Below are positions 10,522 to 20,399 of a stretch of 64,000 nucleotides of DNA, in pieces. Source of the DNA: Bdellovibrionota bacterium FG-1 (GTDB lineage: Bacteria; Bdellovibrionota; UBA1018); NCBI GenBank assembly GCA_051382295.1, contig JBBCAW010000022.1, positions 11,120-75,119 of the forward strand, written 5' to 3'. Numbering within the stretch: the stretch's first letter is position 1; the number at the start of each line of letters is the position of its first letter. The position numbers and the translations under genes are program-made. A model generated the notes under the pieces. That model searched no databases. It was not told the DNA's origin and was given only the letters and a program-made list of their open reading frames with translations.

Positions 10522-11022
10522 ATGCGATTGCACCATGTATTTCTGTTCTCTTCTCTCCTGGTCTCATCCGTGGGCTGGTCGAATGATGTTCAGCCCGCTA
10601 CGACGTACGCTCAACTCGCTCAGCTTTTTCAGCTAAGTGGGGCCCCCGTCACGGAAGAAATGAGGCCTTTGCTCTCCGGGCGCTGCTACTGGAGCAATGA
10701 CCCGGCCCACGCAGTTGCTGGTCTGATCGCTTATCGCAGGTGGCCGGAGGGAGTGGGCGTCAAGATGATCCCACTCCTGAGCGACTTCGATGAACCCGGC
10801 TTTTTTGACCGACTGAACTCGGGCCAAAGGGAAGTTCTCGAAAAAATACTGAAAGACCACGAAGTAGACATGACTCCCGTCAGAAAATTGGAGACCTCGT
10901 GGAACTTCAAGAATGCAAAAAACCTCGTCTCGTACGAAATCAGACGCAGTCCAGAAGGGCTTTTGCTGATCAAGGCAAAAACACTCCTGTGTTACTACTT
11001 TCGGGAACCAGGCACGCACTGA
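10522..11022 (+). CDS. Secreted hypothetical protein
   Basis: AGGAG RBS, ATG 10522, signal peptide, followed by a terminator. Confidence 0.7.
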   Translation: MRLHHVFLFSSLLVSSVGWSNDVQPATTYAQLAQLFQLSGAPVTEEMRPLLSGRCYWSNDPAHAVAGLIAYRRWPEGVGVKMIPLLSDFDEPGFFDRLNSGQREVLEKILKDHEVDMTPVRKLETSWNFKNAKNLVSYEIRRSPEGLLLIKAKTLLCYYFREPGTH

Positions 11023-11042
11023 GAGCATTGACCGGCAATTCG

Positions 11043-11074
11043 AGCCTCCGGCGTTCAAACGCTGGGGGCTTTTT
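11043..11074 (+). terminator. Rho-independent terminator
   Basis: AGCCTCCGGCG-TTCAAA-CGCTGGGGGCT-TTTT hairpin with U tract. Confidence 0.7.
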
Positions 11075-11125
11075 GCTGGTGCTTGCCAGACTGGGCCCTG
11101 TTTCGGAACCAAATACTGGAGAATT

Positions 11126-11467
11126 TCAAATAGCCTTTTTGAGTCTCGACTCGATCAACTTATTCAGACTCACTCCCTCAATGTTCGCTCTTGATGCCAG
11201 ATCCCGATGCAACGTGGGTTCGATTCGAAGAGGAATCTTGCCAGAGAACTTGCTTTCAGCAAGAGGCTTGGGGACTGGAAGGCCGCGGCGCTTCAGGCTT
11301 TCGATGAATCCCTCAATAATTTCGTGAGCCATTTGCAATGCGTGCTCAGGTGTTTCTCCATGCGTGACACAGCCAGGAAGCTCTGGCACACGAACAAGAT
11401 AGGCTTCGTCCTCCGGACTCCAATTAATCTCTATCTTGTATTTAAAATTAATCCTCATTTTTTTCAT
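11126..11467 (-). CDS. hicB: HicB family antitoxin
   Basis: WSPEDEAYLVRVPELPGCVTHGETPEHAL plus C-terminal RHH FSGKIPLRI...SLN. Confidence 0.93.
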   Translation of the reverse strand: MKKMRINFKYKIEINWSPEDEAYLVRVPELPGCVTHGETPEHALQMAHEIIEGFIESLKRRGLPVPKPLAESKFSGKIPLRIEPTLHRDLASRANIEGVSLNKLIESRLKKAI

Positions 11468-11696
11468 CTAATTCCTCTTTCAGTAAAAGTACCGAGCATG
11501 CTTGTTTCACCTGATAAGGTTTCAAATCTTTGGAATGAGTAGCAAAAACGAAGGTGAGCAGTCCTTTCTCCCAAAACTCGTGACTGCCTTTTACACGGTC
11601 TAGCACCCACCCCTCGTGTTTGAGCAAAGTGCGAAGCTCTCGCCCATCGATACTTCCTGCCTCTAGTTTAGCTTTGAGTTTGGTAGCTTTGGTCAC
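11448..11696 (-). CDS. hicA: HicA family toxin (mRNA interferase)
   Basis: LKHEGWVLDRVKGSHEFW with catalytic GSH; overlaps hicB; probable GTG start 11696. Confidence 0.9.
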   Translation of the reverse strand: MTKATKLKAKLEAGSIDGRELRTLLKHEGWVLDRVKGSHEFWEKGLLTFVFATHSKDLKPYQVKQACSVLLLKEELDEKNED

Positions 11697-11708
11697 ATTT
11701 TTTAACCC

Positions 11709-11739
11709 AAGATAGATGATATCAACTATGATATCAACT
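11709..11739 (-). promoter_or_regulatory. hicAB promoter with two TGATATCA palindromes (probable HicB operator)
   Basis: Minus strand TTGATA-N17-TATCTT overlapping two copies of TGATATCAACT (11717-11727, 11729-11739). Confidence 0.6.
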
Positions 11740-11814
11740 TGCAAGAACGTTTTTTTCGGCGCAACGACAAAGAGGTGAGGGTTTTATAACGCAAGAAAGT
11801 AAACGATGCGGAAC

Positions 11815-11832
11815 AACACCGACGTCGGTGTT
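11815..11832. repeat. Dispersed 18-bp palindrome, copy 1
   Basis: AACACCGACGTCGGTGTT, perfect palindrome. Confidence 0.9.
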
Positions 11833-11981
11833 CATTCCCTGAGCCGCAACGAGTATGGCCCGTAATGGCATCAGCAACAGCGGTTTTACAGGGGCTCTCG
11901 GTAAAAGAGTCAACGCCTTGACACGTTCCTGTTGCAAACCCTCAAGTACGACAACTCCATAGACGATAAGTCCAGAGGACC

Positions 11982-13346
11982 ATGAGGATCGCACACCCCG
12001 GGCTAGCCCTTCTGAGGATATTTGCCATCACCAGTCTTTTGACTGGGGCGTTTGGGGGGCTAAGCTTTGCCGATCCACCGCCGCTGACCTATATTCCGTA
12101 TCGTGAAGCCGCCAACGGCCTCTCCCAGAAAGAAGCCGAAGGCCTCAAAAGCGTCTACGATTCCTATCGCGTGATCGACCTCGATCACAGCAACTTCACC
12201 CAGGTCGAATCGTGGTTTGACAAGCTCAACGAGCGCCTCACTGCGGCAGTAGAGAAGCAAGGCACCGCGTTTCCGCGTTACAAGATTTCACTCATGGCAT
12301 CCGCTGAACCCACGGGCTTTATCTACAAAAGTCAGGTACCGGGACAGAAGGTTTTTCGGGGTCACGTATTTGTAAGTGTCGGACTGATCGGGCAGATGCT
12401 CGACACGATGGGCGCGGACCCAAAGCATTTGAAGCCGGAGGAAGTGGATCAACTCCTCAATGGTCTTGAAGGCGTCATCTCGCATGAGTTCAGCCATCCC
12501 AAGCAGGACGAGCTTGTCAAATGGAGCTGGCGCGCCGAGCAGGGAGGTTCGCGACAAAACCATGGACAAGTCGACGAAATGTCGACCGATATCATGAGCC
12601 TTCGCGTAGCCAAAGATGCCAAGATTGATCCTAAAAACGTGCTCAACGGCCTCGAATTGGTGATGGGTCAGCGGCCCGACAACCGCACATTGGGACAAAA
12701 GGCCGCTTCGGCGGCGGTGTCAACCCACCCTCAAGCCAACCTTCGACTCAACCTGGTGCGGGCCGGTTTGACCAAGATGCGGATGGATGAGGGCAGGGCG
12801 ACGGTTGAACCTATTCCGTATAATCCAAGCGCGATGACTCATGAGCTTGAACAGGTTCTGGTGCTGAAACAAACAGACGCACGTCTGGAAATGGAACCTC
12901 GGAGAAAACCGGGAAGTCTTTTTTCGAATACACTGCATGCGCTGCAGGAGGAGCTTGCAAAACCAAGGGGATATTCCGAATCGTTTGATCCTATCGCAAC
13001 TCTTCGAGAATATTATCGAGTGTTACAAAAGGCCGAGCGGGAGGCCGGTCGACTTTCAGACTCCGAGATCCATGATTTTGTCCAACACATCGAATTCATG
13101 TTACGTCGGGGACGTTTCGGGCTTGTTTCTAATTACAATGCTTGGCAGACCTCATCAGGAGGTCAAAGCGGAAACGGTATACGTCCCTCTTTAGCCAATA
13201 TTCGCAGTGTCCTAAGAGAAACGGGGCGAATCGAGGCGTTTAAAGATCCTCGATTTCAGGCCTGGTTTGAAAGCATAAGACGATCAGGAGAGCTGCAGAA
13301 GCTCATTCTTTTAAAAACGGATCATCAGGCCGATGAAAAGTTTTAA
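11982..13346 (+). CDS. Secreted M48-like zinc metallopeptidase domain protein
   Basis: Signal peptide; VFVSVGLI, GVISHEFSH (HExxH), downstream DE and STHP..LR motifs typical of M48. Confidence 0.7.
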   Translation: MRIAHPGLALLRIFAITSLLTGAFGGLSFADPPPLTYIPYREAANGLSQKEAEGLKSVYDSYRVIDLDHSNFTQVESWFDKLNERLTAAVEKQGTAFPRYKISLMASAEPTGFIYKSQVPGQKVFRGHVFVSVGLIGQMLDTMGADPKHLKPEEVDQLLNGLEGVISHEFSHPKQDELVKWSWRAEQGGSRQNHGQVDEMSTDIMSLRVAKDAKIDPKNVLNGLELVMGQRPDNRTLGQKAASAAVSTHPQANLRLNLVRAGLTKMRMDEGRATVEPIPYNPSAMTHELEQVLVLKQTDARLEMEPRRKPGSLFSNTLHALQEELAKPRGYSESFDPIATLREYYRVLQKAEREAGRLSDSEIHDFVQHIEFMLRRGRFGLVSNYNAWQTSSGGQSGNGIRPSLANIRSVLRETGRIEAFKDPRFQAWFESIRRSGELQKLILLKTDHQADEKF

Positions 13347-15060
13347 CTTCAAGGCAATCGATACTCATACCATCAATCTACTTTCAATGACGAGCGTGTT
13401 GGTTGAGCACCTTCCGAATCGGGACAAGTTGCGGCTCTTACAATACATCATGGAACCTAAAGGTGAACTGACCCAAGAAATCCCCTCCTTATCCAAGGCG
13501 AAGGATGCCATTCAGAAGGCCTATAATGAGGCTACCGGACAAAGAATGCTTGAGTCCGACTACCGGGACATGCTGGAGAAACTTGAGGGCTTCATACGCG
13601 ACTCCAGCGAAAGTGAGAGACTCATTTTGAACGAGATGATTGTCGGCACTCGAGGGCGGGGTCTTTGGTATCAGGGCGACGAAATGGTTAAGGCGTTATA
13701 TGGACTGGCGGGGATTGATGCAAAAAAACTTCCGCTTTTTAAGGCCTATATCGCGGCGTTACCGGTTCACGAACGCACAATGGCCATGTCGTATCTGCTT
13801 TCGACCCAAACCGGCGAACAGGCTAATGAACCAGGTGCGCAGCTGCTGCGGATGATGGAACTTCACAAAACCCCAGGGATCAAATTCGCGCAGATGGCGT
13901 CCATTCTCGGGATCTTCGGTCCTGAAGAATCTCACACGCTCGCAAAAGCAAAGGACCGCTCCTCACCCATTTCATTGGCCGAGACCTACGAACAGCTCCG
14001 CGAAGTCTATACGCCCGAGCAATTCGCCAGGGTTAAAAGAGTCAAAAAGCTCGCAGGATCAGGGGGCATTAAGCACGTGGTTTTTGTCGAATTTAACGAC
14101 GGCACCACCGAAGCGGTCTACCTCAAGCGCAAGTTCCTCGAAGAGACCATTGACGACACGCTGGGGATCGTCACCGAGTTCACAAAGCAGCTCCAAGCTT
14201 ATCCTGAATACGCCACGGCCTACGAATACGATTACTACCTCGAAACCCTTCGCAAACAACTCACTGAAGAAGTGAAATTCAAGCGCGAGCTAAACCTCTC
14301 TCAAGAAATGCAGGCGCTTTACAAAAAAGTGCCAGCGGTCAACGGTTGGAAGTTTGAACCGGTACCAGCTTCGACCCTTCGTCCGCAAACGGAACAGGTT
14401 CTGCACTTCAAAGCGATCGATGGCGTTGTGCCTTTTGAGCAGCTTTCCGCCGCAGATCAACGGGCAGTCTCGGAACTACTCGTTCAGACAGAACTTGACC
14501 TCTTACTCAAAGAGGGGCGGTTCGATGCGGATAGGCATCTGGGAAATTATCTTTTTGATCCAAAAACCAAGCGTGTTTACGCGATCGATTTTTCACAGGT
14601 CTATGGACTCAAGCGCGGAAATCTGCTGGAGCCCGGGGACCGGGTCTATCTGGCTAGGATTTTGCGTGCCCTGAGTTCCGAGAACAAAGAGGCTGCCGCC
14701 CGCGAACTCAGTGAGGTATTTATTGCGGTGGCTGAAAATCGAAAACAACTCCCTGCTGAGGCTCAAGCTCAGCTGCAAGCCAAGTTACTGAAGATCCTCC
14801 AGGGGCCGAGTGAAATCCGAGGAAAGATTCTTGCTCTTTTGGGCGAGCTCACCCAACAAAAGGTACACCTGCCGCTGCGCTATAGCCTCGGCATATTCAA
14901 GGGCGTTCTGATTGTGACCAACGAAGAATACGCCAAGCTTGTGCCGGCCGGCATGATCGAAGACCGGCTCAAGGCCTTCGCCAAGAAAGCGCTCGTCCTC
15001 GATGCCCTGAGTAACCCCGGGCGTTGTTTGAGGAATGTTTTGGGGTGGCTGGAAAGATAG
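13333..15060 (+). CDS. ABC1/UbiB-family atypical kinase domain protein
   Basis: IKFAQM, AGSGGIKHV, EAVYLKR, EEVKFKRE, FDADRHLGNYL, AIDFSQV match ABC1 motif order. Confidence 0.75.
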   Translation: MKSFNFKAIDTHTINLLSMTSVLVEHLPNRDKLRLLQYIMEPKGELTQEIPSLSKAKDAIQKAYNEATGQRMLESDYRDMLEKLEGFIRDSSESERLILNEMIVGTRGRGLWYQGDEMVKALYGLAGIDAKKLPLFKAYIAALPVHERTMAMSYLLSTQTGEQANEPGAQLLRMMELHKTPGIKFAQMASILGIFGPEESHTLAKAKDRSSPISLAETYEQLREVYTPEQFARVKRVKKLAGSGGIKHVVFVEFNDGTTEAVYLKRKFLEETIDDTLGIVTEFTKQLQAYPEYATAYEYDYYLETLRKQLTEEVKFKRELNLSQEMQALYKKVPAVNGWKFEPVPASTLRPQTEQVLHFKAIDGVVPFEQLSAADQRAVSELLVQTELDLLLKEGRFDADRHLGNYLFDPKTKRVYAIDFSQVYGLKRGNLLEPGDRVYLARILRALSSENKEAAARELSEVFIAVAENRKQLPAEAQAQLQAKLLKILQGPSEIRGKILALLGELTQQKVHLPLRYSLGIFKGVLIVTNEEYAKLVPAGMIEDRLKAFAKKALVLDALSNPGRCLRNVLGWLER

Positions 15061-15080
15061 ACATCACGTGTTAGTTAAAG

Positions 15081-15335
15081 ATGAAAAAGGTCACCGCAAT
15101 TGAGGTTGTTTCCGGCTTCTGTCTCAAACTAACTTACGCAGATGGAAGATCGATCCAAGTAGACTTTACGAGCAAAATTCAAAAAGGCACTGTCACGGCA
15201 CCTCTTGCAGAGCCAGGGGTTTTCAAGCGGGTGAAAATCGCCTGCGAAGGCAGAGCACTTGAGTGGCCGGGTGAGGTAGATTTTTGTGCAGATGCCCTGT
15301 GGTTCGAGGGATCTGGGGAAGTGAATACAAAATGA
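15081..15335 (+). CDS. DUF2442-type small protein (antitoxin-like, orphan)
   Basis: LKLTYADG...VDF...PL...FKRV...ALEWPGEVDFCADALW pattern. Confidence 0.8.
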   Translation: MKKVTAIEVVSGFCLKLTYADGRSIQVDFTSKIQKGTVTAPLAEPGVFKRVKIACEGRALEWPGEVDFCADALWFEGSGEVNTK

Positions 15336-15375
15336 CCGTGAATGTGCTTCGTGTCGCAACCTGCTCGCGCACCGC

Positions 15376-15393
15376 AACACCGACGTCGGCGCT
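15376..15393. repeat. Dispersed palindrome, copy 2
   Basis: AACACCGACGTCGGCGCT followed by a tail shared with copy 5 (CATTCTT...AGCCAG.GG.ATTTACTGC). Confidence 0.85.
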
Positions 15394-15413
15394 CATTCTT
15401 CGAGCCAGCGGGA

Positions 15414-15588
15414 TTTACTGCCGCGAAACGGCAGCTCAGGCCTTTAGCCTCCTACCCAACTCCGTTTACTGCCTCAGGTCGGCAGTAGAAGTCTTTGTCC
15501 CCCCACTGAAACCAATCTACTGCCGCTAGACGGCAGAAAATCCTGTTCACTACCCCCTCAAACCGATTTACTGCCTCGCTCCGGCAGT
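15414..15588. repeat. Four-copy array of TACTGCC-N7-GGCAG palindromes with exact 51-bp period
   Basis: CTGCC starts at 15418, 15469, 15520, 15571; loops and spacers differ. Confidence 0.85.
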
Positions 15589-15756
15589 TGAGGCAACTCA
15601 TCGCCGGGAACCCCAGGAGTCTTCGCACCGGGAACCTTTTTTTCGTCTACCCTTTTGACACCCGCCCACTCTTCGATACAAATTCCAAACCCCCGCTACT
15701 CGGGCTCGATCAATTTACTTCATCCATTTCATACACTTAGTTTGGGTATGTCACGC

Positions 15757-15772
15757 TGGCACCACCCCTGCA
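15757..15772 (+). promoter_or_regulatory. Sigma-54 promoter (-24/-12)
   Basis: TGGCAC-CACCC-CTGCA upstream of lipoprotein 15817; candidate activator site GTCTACCCTTTTGACA at 15645-15660. Confidence 0.65.
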
Positions 15773-15816
15773 ATGTTCGGCATTAAGAACAAGTTACTTT
15801 TAAGTGGAGTACCCTT

Positions 15817-16476
15817 ATGAGTCGTATTAGAAAAATGAACTTTGTCGGATTTACCGCGACCGGCGTGGCGATTTTGGCCTCGACCCTTTTTCTGGTCGGA
15901 TGCGGCCAACCTCCCCAGGCCTCCGTCACTGTCGCTGCTCCGGCGCCAAAAGCCGTGGTCAGTACCGATACCACCACCCCTGCTCCGGCACCGGCCCCCG
16001 TGGTACCCATTGCCCCCCCAAAAAATCCGGGCGACATCAACGACCTTTCGTTTTTTCCCCAGGAGGAGCTTGCCGCGATCATGGGAAATTACGGCGGCAC
16101 CCTAAAATTTACCGATGCCAATGGGCAAGATTTCGAACAACCCTACACCGTTTCGATCTCCCAAGTGACCTTGGCCGATCAGCCTGGAAAGAAATTTGCC
16201 CAAATTTCATTTTCCTCCGGAAATTTACGCTTCCAATCCGTTTCAATGGTTCGATACTTTCCGGGGTATTTTAATGGCATAGGGTCAACCTATAGCGTTG
16301 AGTCCTTTTCGCAAAAATCGCAAGGACTGGACTCCAACGGCGCCGTGAATCTCATTTTCCAGGTCTCCTTAGGATATAATAAAGTGTTTGATCCGAATGG
16401 GTCCACGATAGACATTGTGGATGCATGGTCTCTCCAATCCGTCGTGGACTTCTACGACGATTTGGAGAAACGCTAA
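15817..16476 (+). CDS. Lipoprotein with Pro/Ala/Thr linker
   Basis: GGAG RBS; lipobox LVGC. Confidence 0.8.
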   Translation: MSRIRKMNFVGFTATGVAILASTLFLVGCGQPPQASVTVAAPAPKAVVSTDTTTPAPAPAPVVPIAPPKNPGDINDLSFFPQEELAAIMGNYGGTLKFTDANGQDFEQPYTVSISQVTLADQPGKKFAQISFSSGNLRFQSVSMVRYFPGYFNGIGSTYSVESFSQKSQGLDSNGAVNLIFQVSLGYNKVFDPNGSTIDIVDAWSLQSVVDFYDDLEKR

Positions 16477-16603
16477 ACCTCCCCCCCTCAAACTCCCTCC
16501 GGGGCCCGCCCAGCGCTCGAAAGGTGTTGGAACTCGGATCAGCGGGCCCCGCCCCCCCCTTTCACCCTTTCCAGACCCCCTCATTCCGGGGTAAACTGCT
16601 CCT

Positions 16604-17239
16604 ATGCGCGAGCACCCGTGGAATCAGCGTCGAGTCACCCACCGACATTTGCACGATGAGCAAAATCTCCGCGATCTTCATGCCCTGACGGAGTCCTGGA
16701 TCAATGCGATACCCCAGGGCGCTGCCTCGAACTCCCCTCACCCTTTCGATCAAAATCCTTCTCTCGAAGATGATACCACGCCCGAGGATGTGCTCGTTCG
16801 GTTGGAATTAGCCGTTCACTCCGCCCAGGCGGAGATCCTTCGTGTCCGCCTACCGGACCGAGAACTTTTGAAAGACCTGTCCTGGAATGCCGGCAAATTT
16901 TGCGCCTCCCACCGCTGGGCGGATACCCTCACCCGACGAAATTCCTCATTAGCACCGGCCGACAAACGAGCGCTTCTACTCGCATTATGCCATAGTCCGC
17001 TCAGCTATCGCCTCGGGGCCGATGCCTTTTTAGTTCGCCGCGCTTTAACTTCAGAAGTTTGCATCGAACTCCTTCAATGCCCCCATAGGTGGTCTGAAAC
17101 AGTTCAAATGGATCAAGCTACCCGCGATGAACTTTGCCAACAACAATTTCATTGGCTGTGCGGTTACTTCACCCCTCTCGCTCCGTCGGTAACGCCCCAA
17201 ATCTCTCGATCAGGGAGCAGGTGTATCCTCCAGTGGTAA
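16604..17239 (+). CDS. Hypothetical protein
   Basis: 211-aa ORF coupled to the next gene. Confidence 0.55.
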   Translation: MREHPWNQRRVTHRHLHDEQNLRDLHALTESWINAIPQGAASNSPHPFDQNPSLEDDTTPEDVLVRLELAVHSAQAEILRVRLPDRELLKDLSWNAGKFCASHRWADTLTRRNSSLAPADKRALLLALCHSPLSYRLGADAFLVRRALTSEVCIELLQCPHRWSETVQMDQATRDELCQQQFHWLCGYFTPLAPSVTPQISRSGSRCILQW

Positions 17240-18981
17240 CCTCGGCCCATGCCCGGTTGGTTCAACTTCAACATCGCATTTATCGGGCACTTCAGCGCGA
17301 AGCGATGTTGGTTTTTGGACGAACCCCCTCGGCCATTCGCCGGTATGAGGTCGAATGCCATCCCGATTTCAGCGGCCGATCCCCCCGCGTTTCAACCAAA
17401 GCCGAGCTCGTCTCCGTCATTCGAAATGCGGACGTCAGCTTTATCGCGGACTACCATCCCTACGCCCAGGCTCAAAGAACCGCTCTGAGGCTTTTGCGGG
17501 AGGCGGTTTTACCCGGCGAAAAATGGCTCCTCGGTCTTGAACTGATCCCCAGTCAATATCAACCTATTTTGGATAACTATCAGGCCGGAAAAATCAGCGT
17601 CGAAAAATTTCACGCCTTGATCCGCTATCACGAAGACTGGGGGTTTCCATGGCAACACTACGAACCCTTGTTCTCCTGGGCTCGAAAGAATGGCGTTCGC
17701 CTCATTGCGCTCAACCGCCCCAAAGAGCTGATTTATCGCAGCTACGGTCAACCCTCTGAGCGGAGCATCAAAGACTTGCACGCCCGTGATCAGTGGGCGG
17801 CCGGCATTATTGCGGATTGCTTTCATGAAAACCAGGAAAACCCTAAAAGTCATACCCCCATGCGCATGCTAGTGCTTTATGGCGGTTATCATGTGGGCCG
17901 AGTCCATCTTCCTGAAAAATTAACCAAAATTTCTCGGGCTTTTCTCGGTAAAGCCCTTCGCTCGGTATCGGTTTACCAAAACGTCGATGCCATTTACTGG
18001 CGACTCGCCCTTCAAGAGCGTGAACTTCATGCCCAAGTCCTTAAATTCACCAAAGATGTTTTTTGCGTGTTTTCAGGTACCCCTTGGGCCCAGTTGCAAT
18101 CCTTAATGGGCATGACCGAAGGCGAATCACTGACCACGCCCGATGAAGATGACGATGATGACTCGGATCGTGAATGGGACAGTTCTAGCCGTCTCAAGGA
18201 AGAATACCTTTCGCTGATGAATCGATTTTCAAATGTGCTGGCCGAATTTTTTGGCCTCGAAAGCCCCTCTTTTGAGACTCTCTCCCTTCATACGATCGAG
18301 GAGGCCGATTTTGTGGATTCGCTTGCGGATGTCTTCATGCCAGGCGAACTTCGACTCATTCGGGCGCTCGTCAGTGAAAATCATCGCCTCTATTTATCGC
18401 GTGCGCAAGTCGCTTACCTCGCCTCGCCCTCCCATAATGTCGCCGCTGAATACGCGGCCATTCATCTTTTGAGATCTTGTACCAGCTCCTCCGTGTTTTT
18501 TGAGGGAGGGACGGAGTGCTTTTTTAGATTGGCAATCGAGGCCACTTTTGGATTTTTGGGGAGCCTCATTCTCAACCCCAGGCGCAAATGCGACCTACCG
18601 CCAGATCATCGCCGAAGACTCAAAGCACTCAAGCAAGGTAAACGAGCGGCGTTCGCCAATGAACGAAAAGCTCGCACCCTCGCGCTCGCCGCACTCACTC
18701 CCGGACGAGGTCGGAAGTTAGAACTCGCCAAGGTCCCGGCGCACGCTTCCTCGGCCGCCCTGTATGTCGTCATTGCGGCCAGATATGCAGGGCAAATGCT
18801 CGCCAAAGCGATTTATCCGGTCATTCTGGATGCCGAACACGGCAGCGCGCAATTTACCCAAGTGGTTCAGCTCTTCACACGACGAAGAGGCTTCAAAGTT
18901 TTTGAAGAAACCTTCGTGGAACTCTACGCCCTTGCGCTTCGTTCGGAGCGAGTGCTCGCGAGCAAGACCGAAGAGATTTAA
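17221..18981 (+). CDS. ChaN-like (heme-uptake/EreA-like fold) domain protein
   Basis: DVSFIADYH, LGLELI, WGFPWQHYEPLF, RDQWAA, LYGGYHV; probable GTG start 17221 after GGAG. Confidence 0.65.
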   Translation: MYPPVVTSAHARLVQLQHRIYRALQREAMLVFGRTPSAIRRYEVECHPDFSGRSPRVSTKAELVSVIRNADVSFIADYHPYAQAQRTALRLLREAVLPGEKWLLGLELIPSQYQPILDNYQAGKISVEKFHALIRYHEDWGFPWQHYEPLFSWARKNGVRLIALNRPKELIYRSYGQPSERSIKDLHARDQWAAGIIADCFHENQENPKSHTPMRMLVLYGGYHVGRVHLPEKLTKISRAFLGKALRSVSVYQNVDAIYWRLALQERELHAQVLKFTKDVFCVFSGTPWAQLQSLMGMTEGESLTTPDEDDDDDSDREWDSSSRLKEEYLSLMNRFSNVLAEFFGLESPSFETLSLHTIEEADFVDSLADVFMPGELRLIRALVSENHRLYLSRAQVAYLASPSHNVAAEYAAIHLLRSCTSSSVFFEGGTECFFRLAIEATFGFLGSLILNPRRKCDLPPDHRRRLKALKQGKRAAFANERKARTLALAALTPGRGRKLELAKVPAHASSAALYVVIAARYAGQMLAKAIYPVILDAEHGSAQFTQVVQLFTRRRGFKVFEETFVELYALALRSERVLASKTEEI

Positions 18982-20399
18982 TCGGTAGTTTCTTCTTCTC
19001 GCATATCGATCAATTTTCGATAAATCGTACGCGAATTAATGCCAAGAAGCTTGGCGGTCATGTTTTTGTCGCCCTCCGTGGCTTCGAGAGTCTTGCGAAT
19101 CAAGAGCTCTTCGACGTCTTTGAGCGAAGTCCCGAGAGGCACCGAAATGGAGACGGCGGAGGTGGCCGCATGAACTTTGGTCATTTTGCTCGGGTCAAGA
19201 CTGGAAATATGAGGGGGAAGATCCTCGGGGAGCACCTCCGGTCCTCGTACAAAAACCACGGCCCGTTCGATCACATTGGAGAGTTCACGCACATTTCCCG
19301 GCCACGGATGGGCCAAAAGTCGCTCCATCGCCGCACTCGAAATCACCGCTAACGACTTATCATGCCGCGCAGAGGCGCTCTTCAAAAAGAACCGAGCCAA
19401 ATCCGGAATATCCTCGATGCGTTGCCGGAGCGGAGGAACCTCCACACCGATCACCTCTAAACGATAAAGTAAATCCTGTCGGAACGTCCCAATCCTCACT
19501 GATTCTTTGAGGTCCCGATGGGTCGCGGCGATGACCCGGACGTCAATCTTACGCGACTGGGTCGCCCCCAGGCGTCTCACTTCGCTTTCTTGAAGCGTCC
19601 GCAACAGTTTAGCCTGCAGGGAAAAAGGCATGTCGCCAATTTCATCCAGCAAAAGAGTGCCCCCGTTTGCGGCCTCAAACAAGCCTTCTTTGATACCCGT
19701 CGCACCCGTAAAAGCGCCCTTTTCGAAGCCAAAAAGCTCGCTCTCAATCAACTGTTCCGGTACGGCAGCACAGTTCAAGGCCACAAAGCGTCCACCGGCC
19801 CGCGCACTCGTTTCATGAATCGCGCGTGCCACCATCTCCTTGCCAGTTCCACTTTCGCCGGTCAAAAGCACCGTCGCCGAAGTCGACGAAATTTGAAGAA
19901 TGGTGGTCCTCAGATGCTCCATCACTTTCGAGCGACCCACCAAACGCGCAGTCCCGGTCGCTTCGGCGCCCGCAGGCCCAACGGAGGCACTGGAGTTTCG
20001 AGCTCGTGACCGTTTGAGCGCCACCTCAACCGACGAAAGCAACACCTGACGTTTGAAGGGCTTGGTCAAAAAATCCACCGCCCCGAGCTTCATCGCCCAA
20101 ACCGCGTCTTCGACTCGGCCAAAAGCCGTCATCAAGATCACGGGCACATCTGCCCCACACAAAGAGAGCGCGCGCAAGAACTCAAGCCCGCCGAGCCTCG
20201 GCATGCGAACATCGGTCACAACCAGGTCAAAAGGCACGGTATTTTTGGCTGAAACTTCGATCGGTGTGCGAATGTGATCTAAGGCCGCTTGGCCGTCCAC
20301 CGCCGTCGCAACATCGTACCCCGCAAGTTCTAAAATTTTTCGGGTGGACTCGAGCGCCTGCGGATCATCGTCCACTAAAAGAACTCGATGATGGTTCAT
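18978..20399 (-). CDS. Sigma-54-dependent response regulator (NtrC/AtoC type)
   Basis: Receiver domain, [28 protein letters not shown], Fis HTH. Confidence 0.95.
   Translation of the reverse strand: MNHHRVLLVDDDPQALESTRKILELAGYDVATAVDGQAALDHIRTPIEVSAKNTVPFDLVVTDVRMPRLGGLEFLRALSLCGADVPVILMTAFGRVEDAVWAMKLGAVDFLTKPFKRQVLLSSVEVALKRSRARNSSASVGPAGAEATGTARLVGRSKVMEHLRTTILQISSTSATVLLTGESGTGKEMVARAIHETSARAGGRFVALNCAAVPEQLIESELFGFEKGAFTGATGIKEGLFEAANGGTLLLDEIGDMPFSLQAKLLRTLQESEVRRLGATQSRKIDVRVIAATHRDLKESVRIGTFRQDLLYRLEVIGVEVPPLRQRIEDIPDLARFFLKSASARHDKSLAVISSAAMERLLAHPWPGNVRELSNVIERAVVFVRGPEVLPEDLPPHISSLDPSKMTKVHAATSAVSISVPLGTSLKDVEELLIRKTLEATEGDKNMTAKLLGINSRTIYRKLIDMREEETTD

Noticed and set aside
15414..15588. 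Calling the 51-bp array a CRISPR array
   Set aside because: The conserved part is only about 12-14 nt with a variable centre, there is no cas gene in the window, and the spacers share composition. Kept only as an unexplained repeat.
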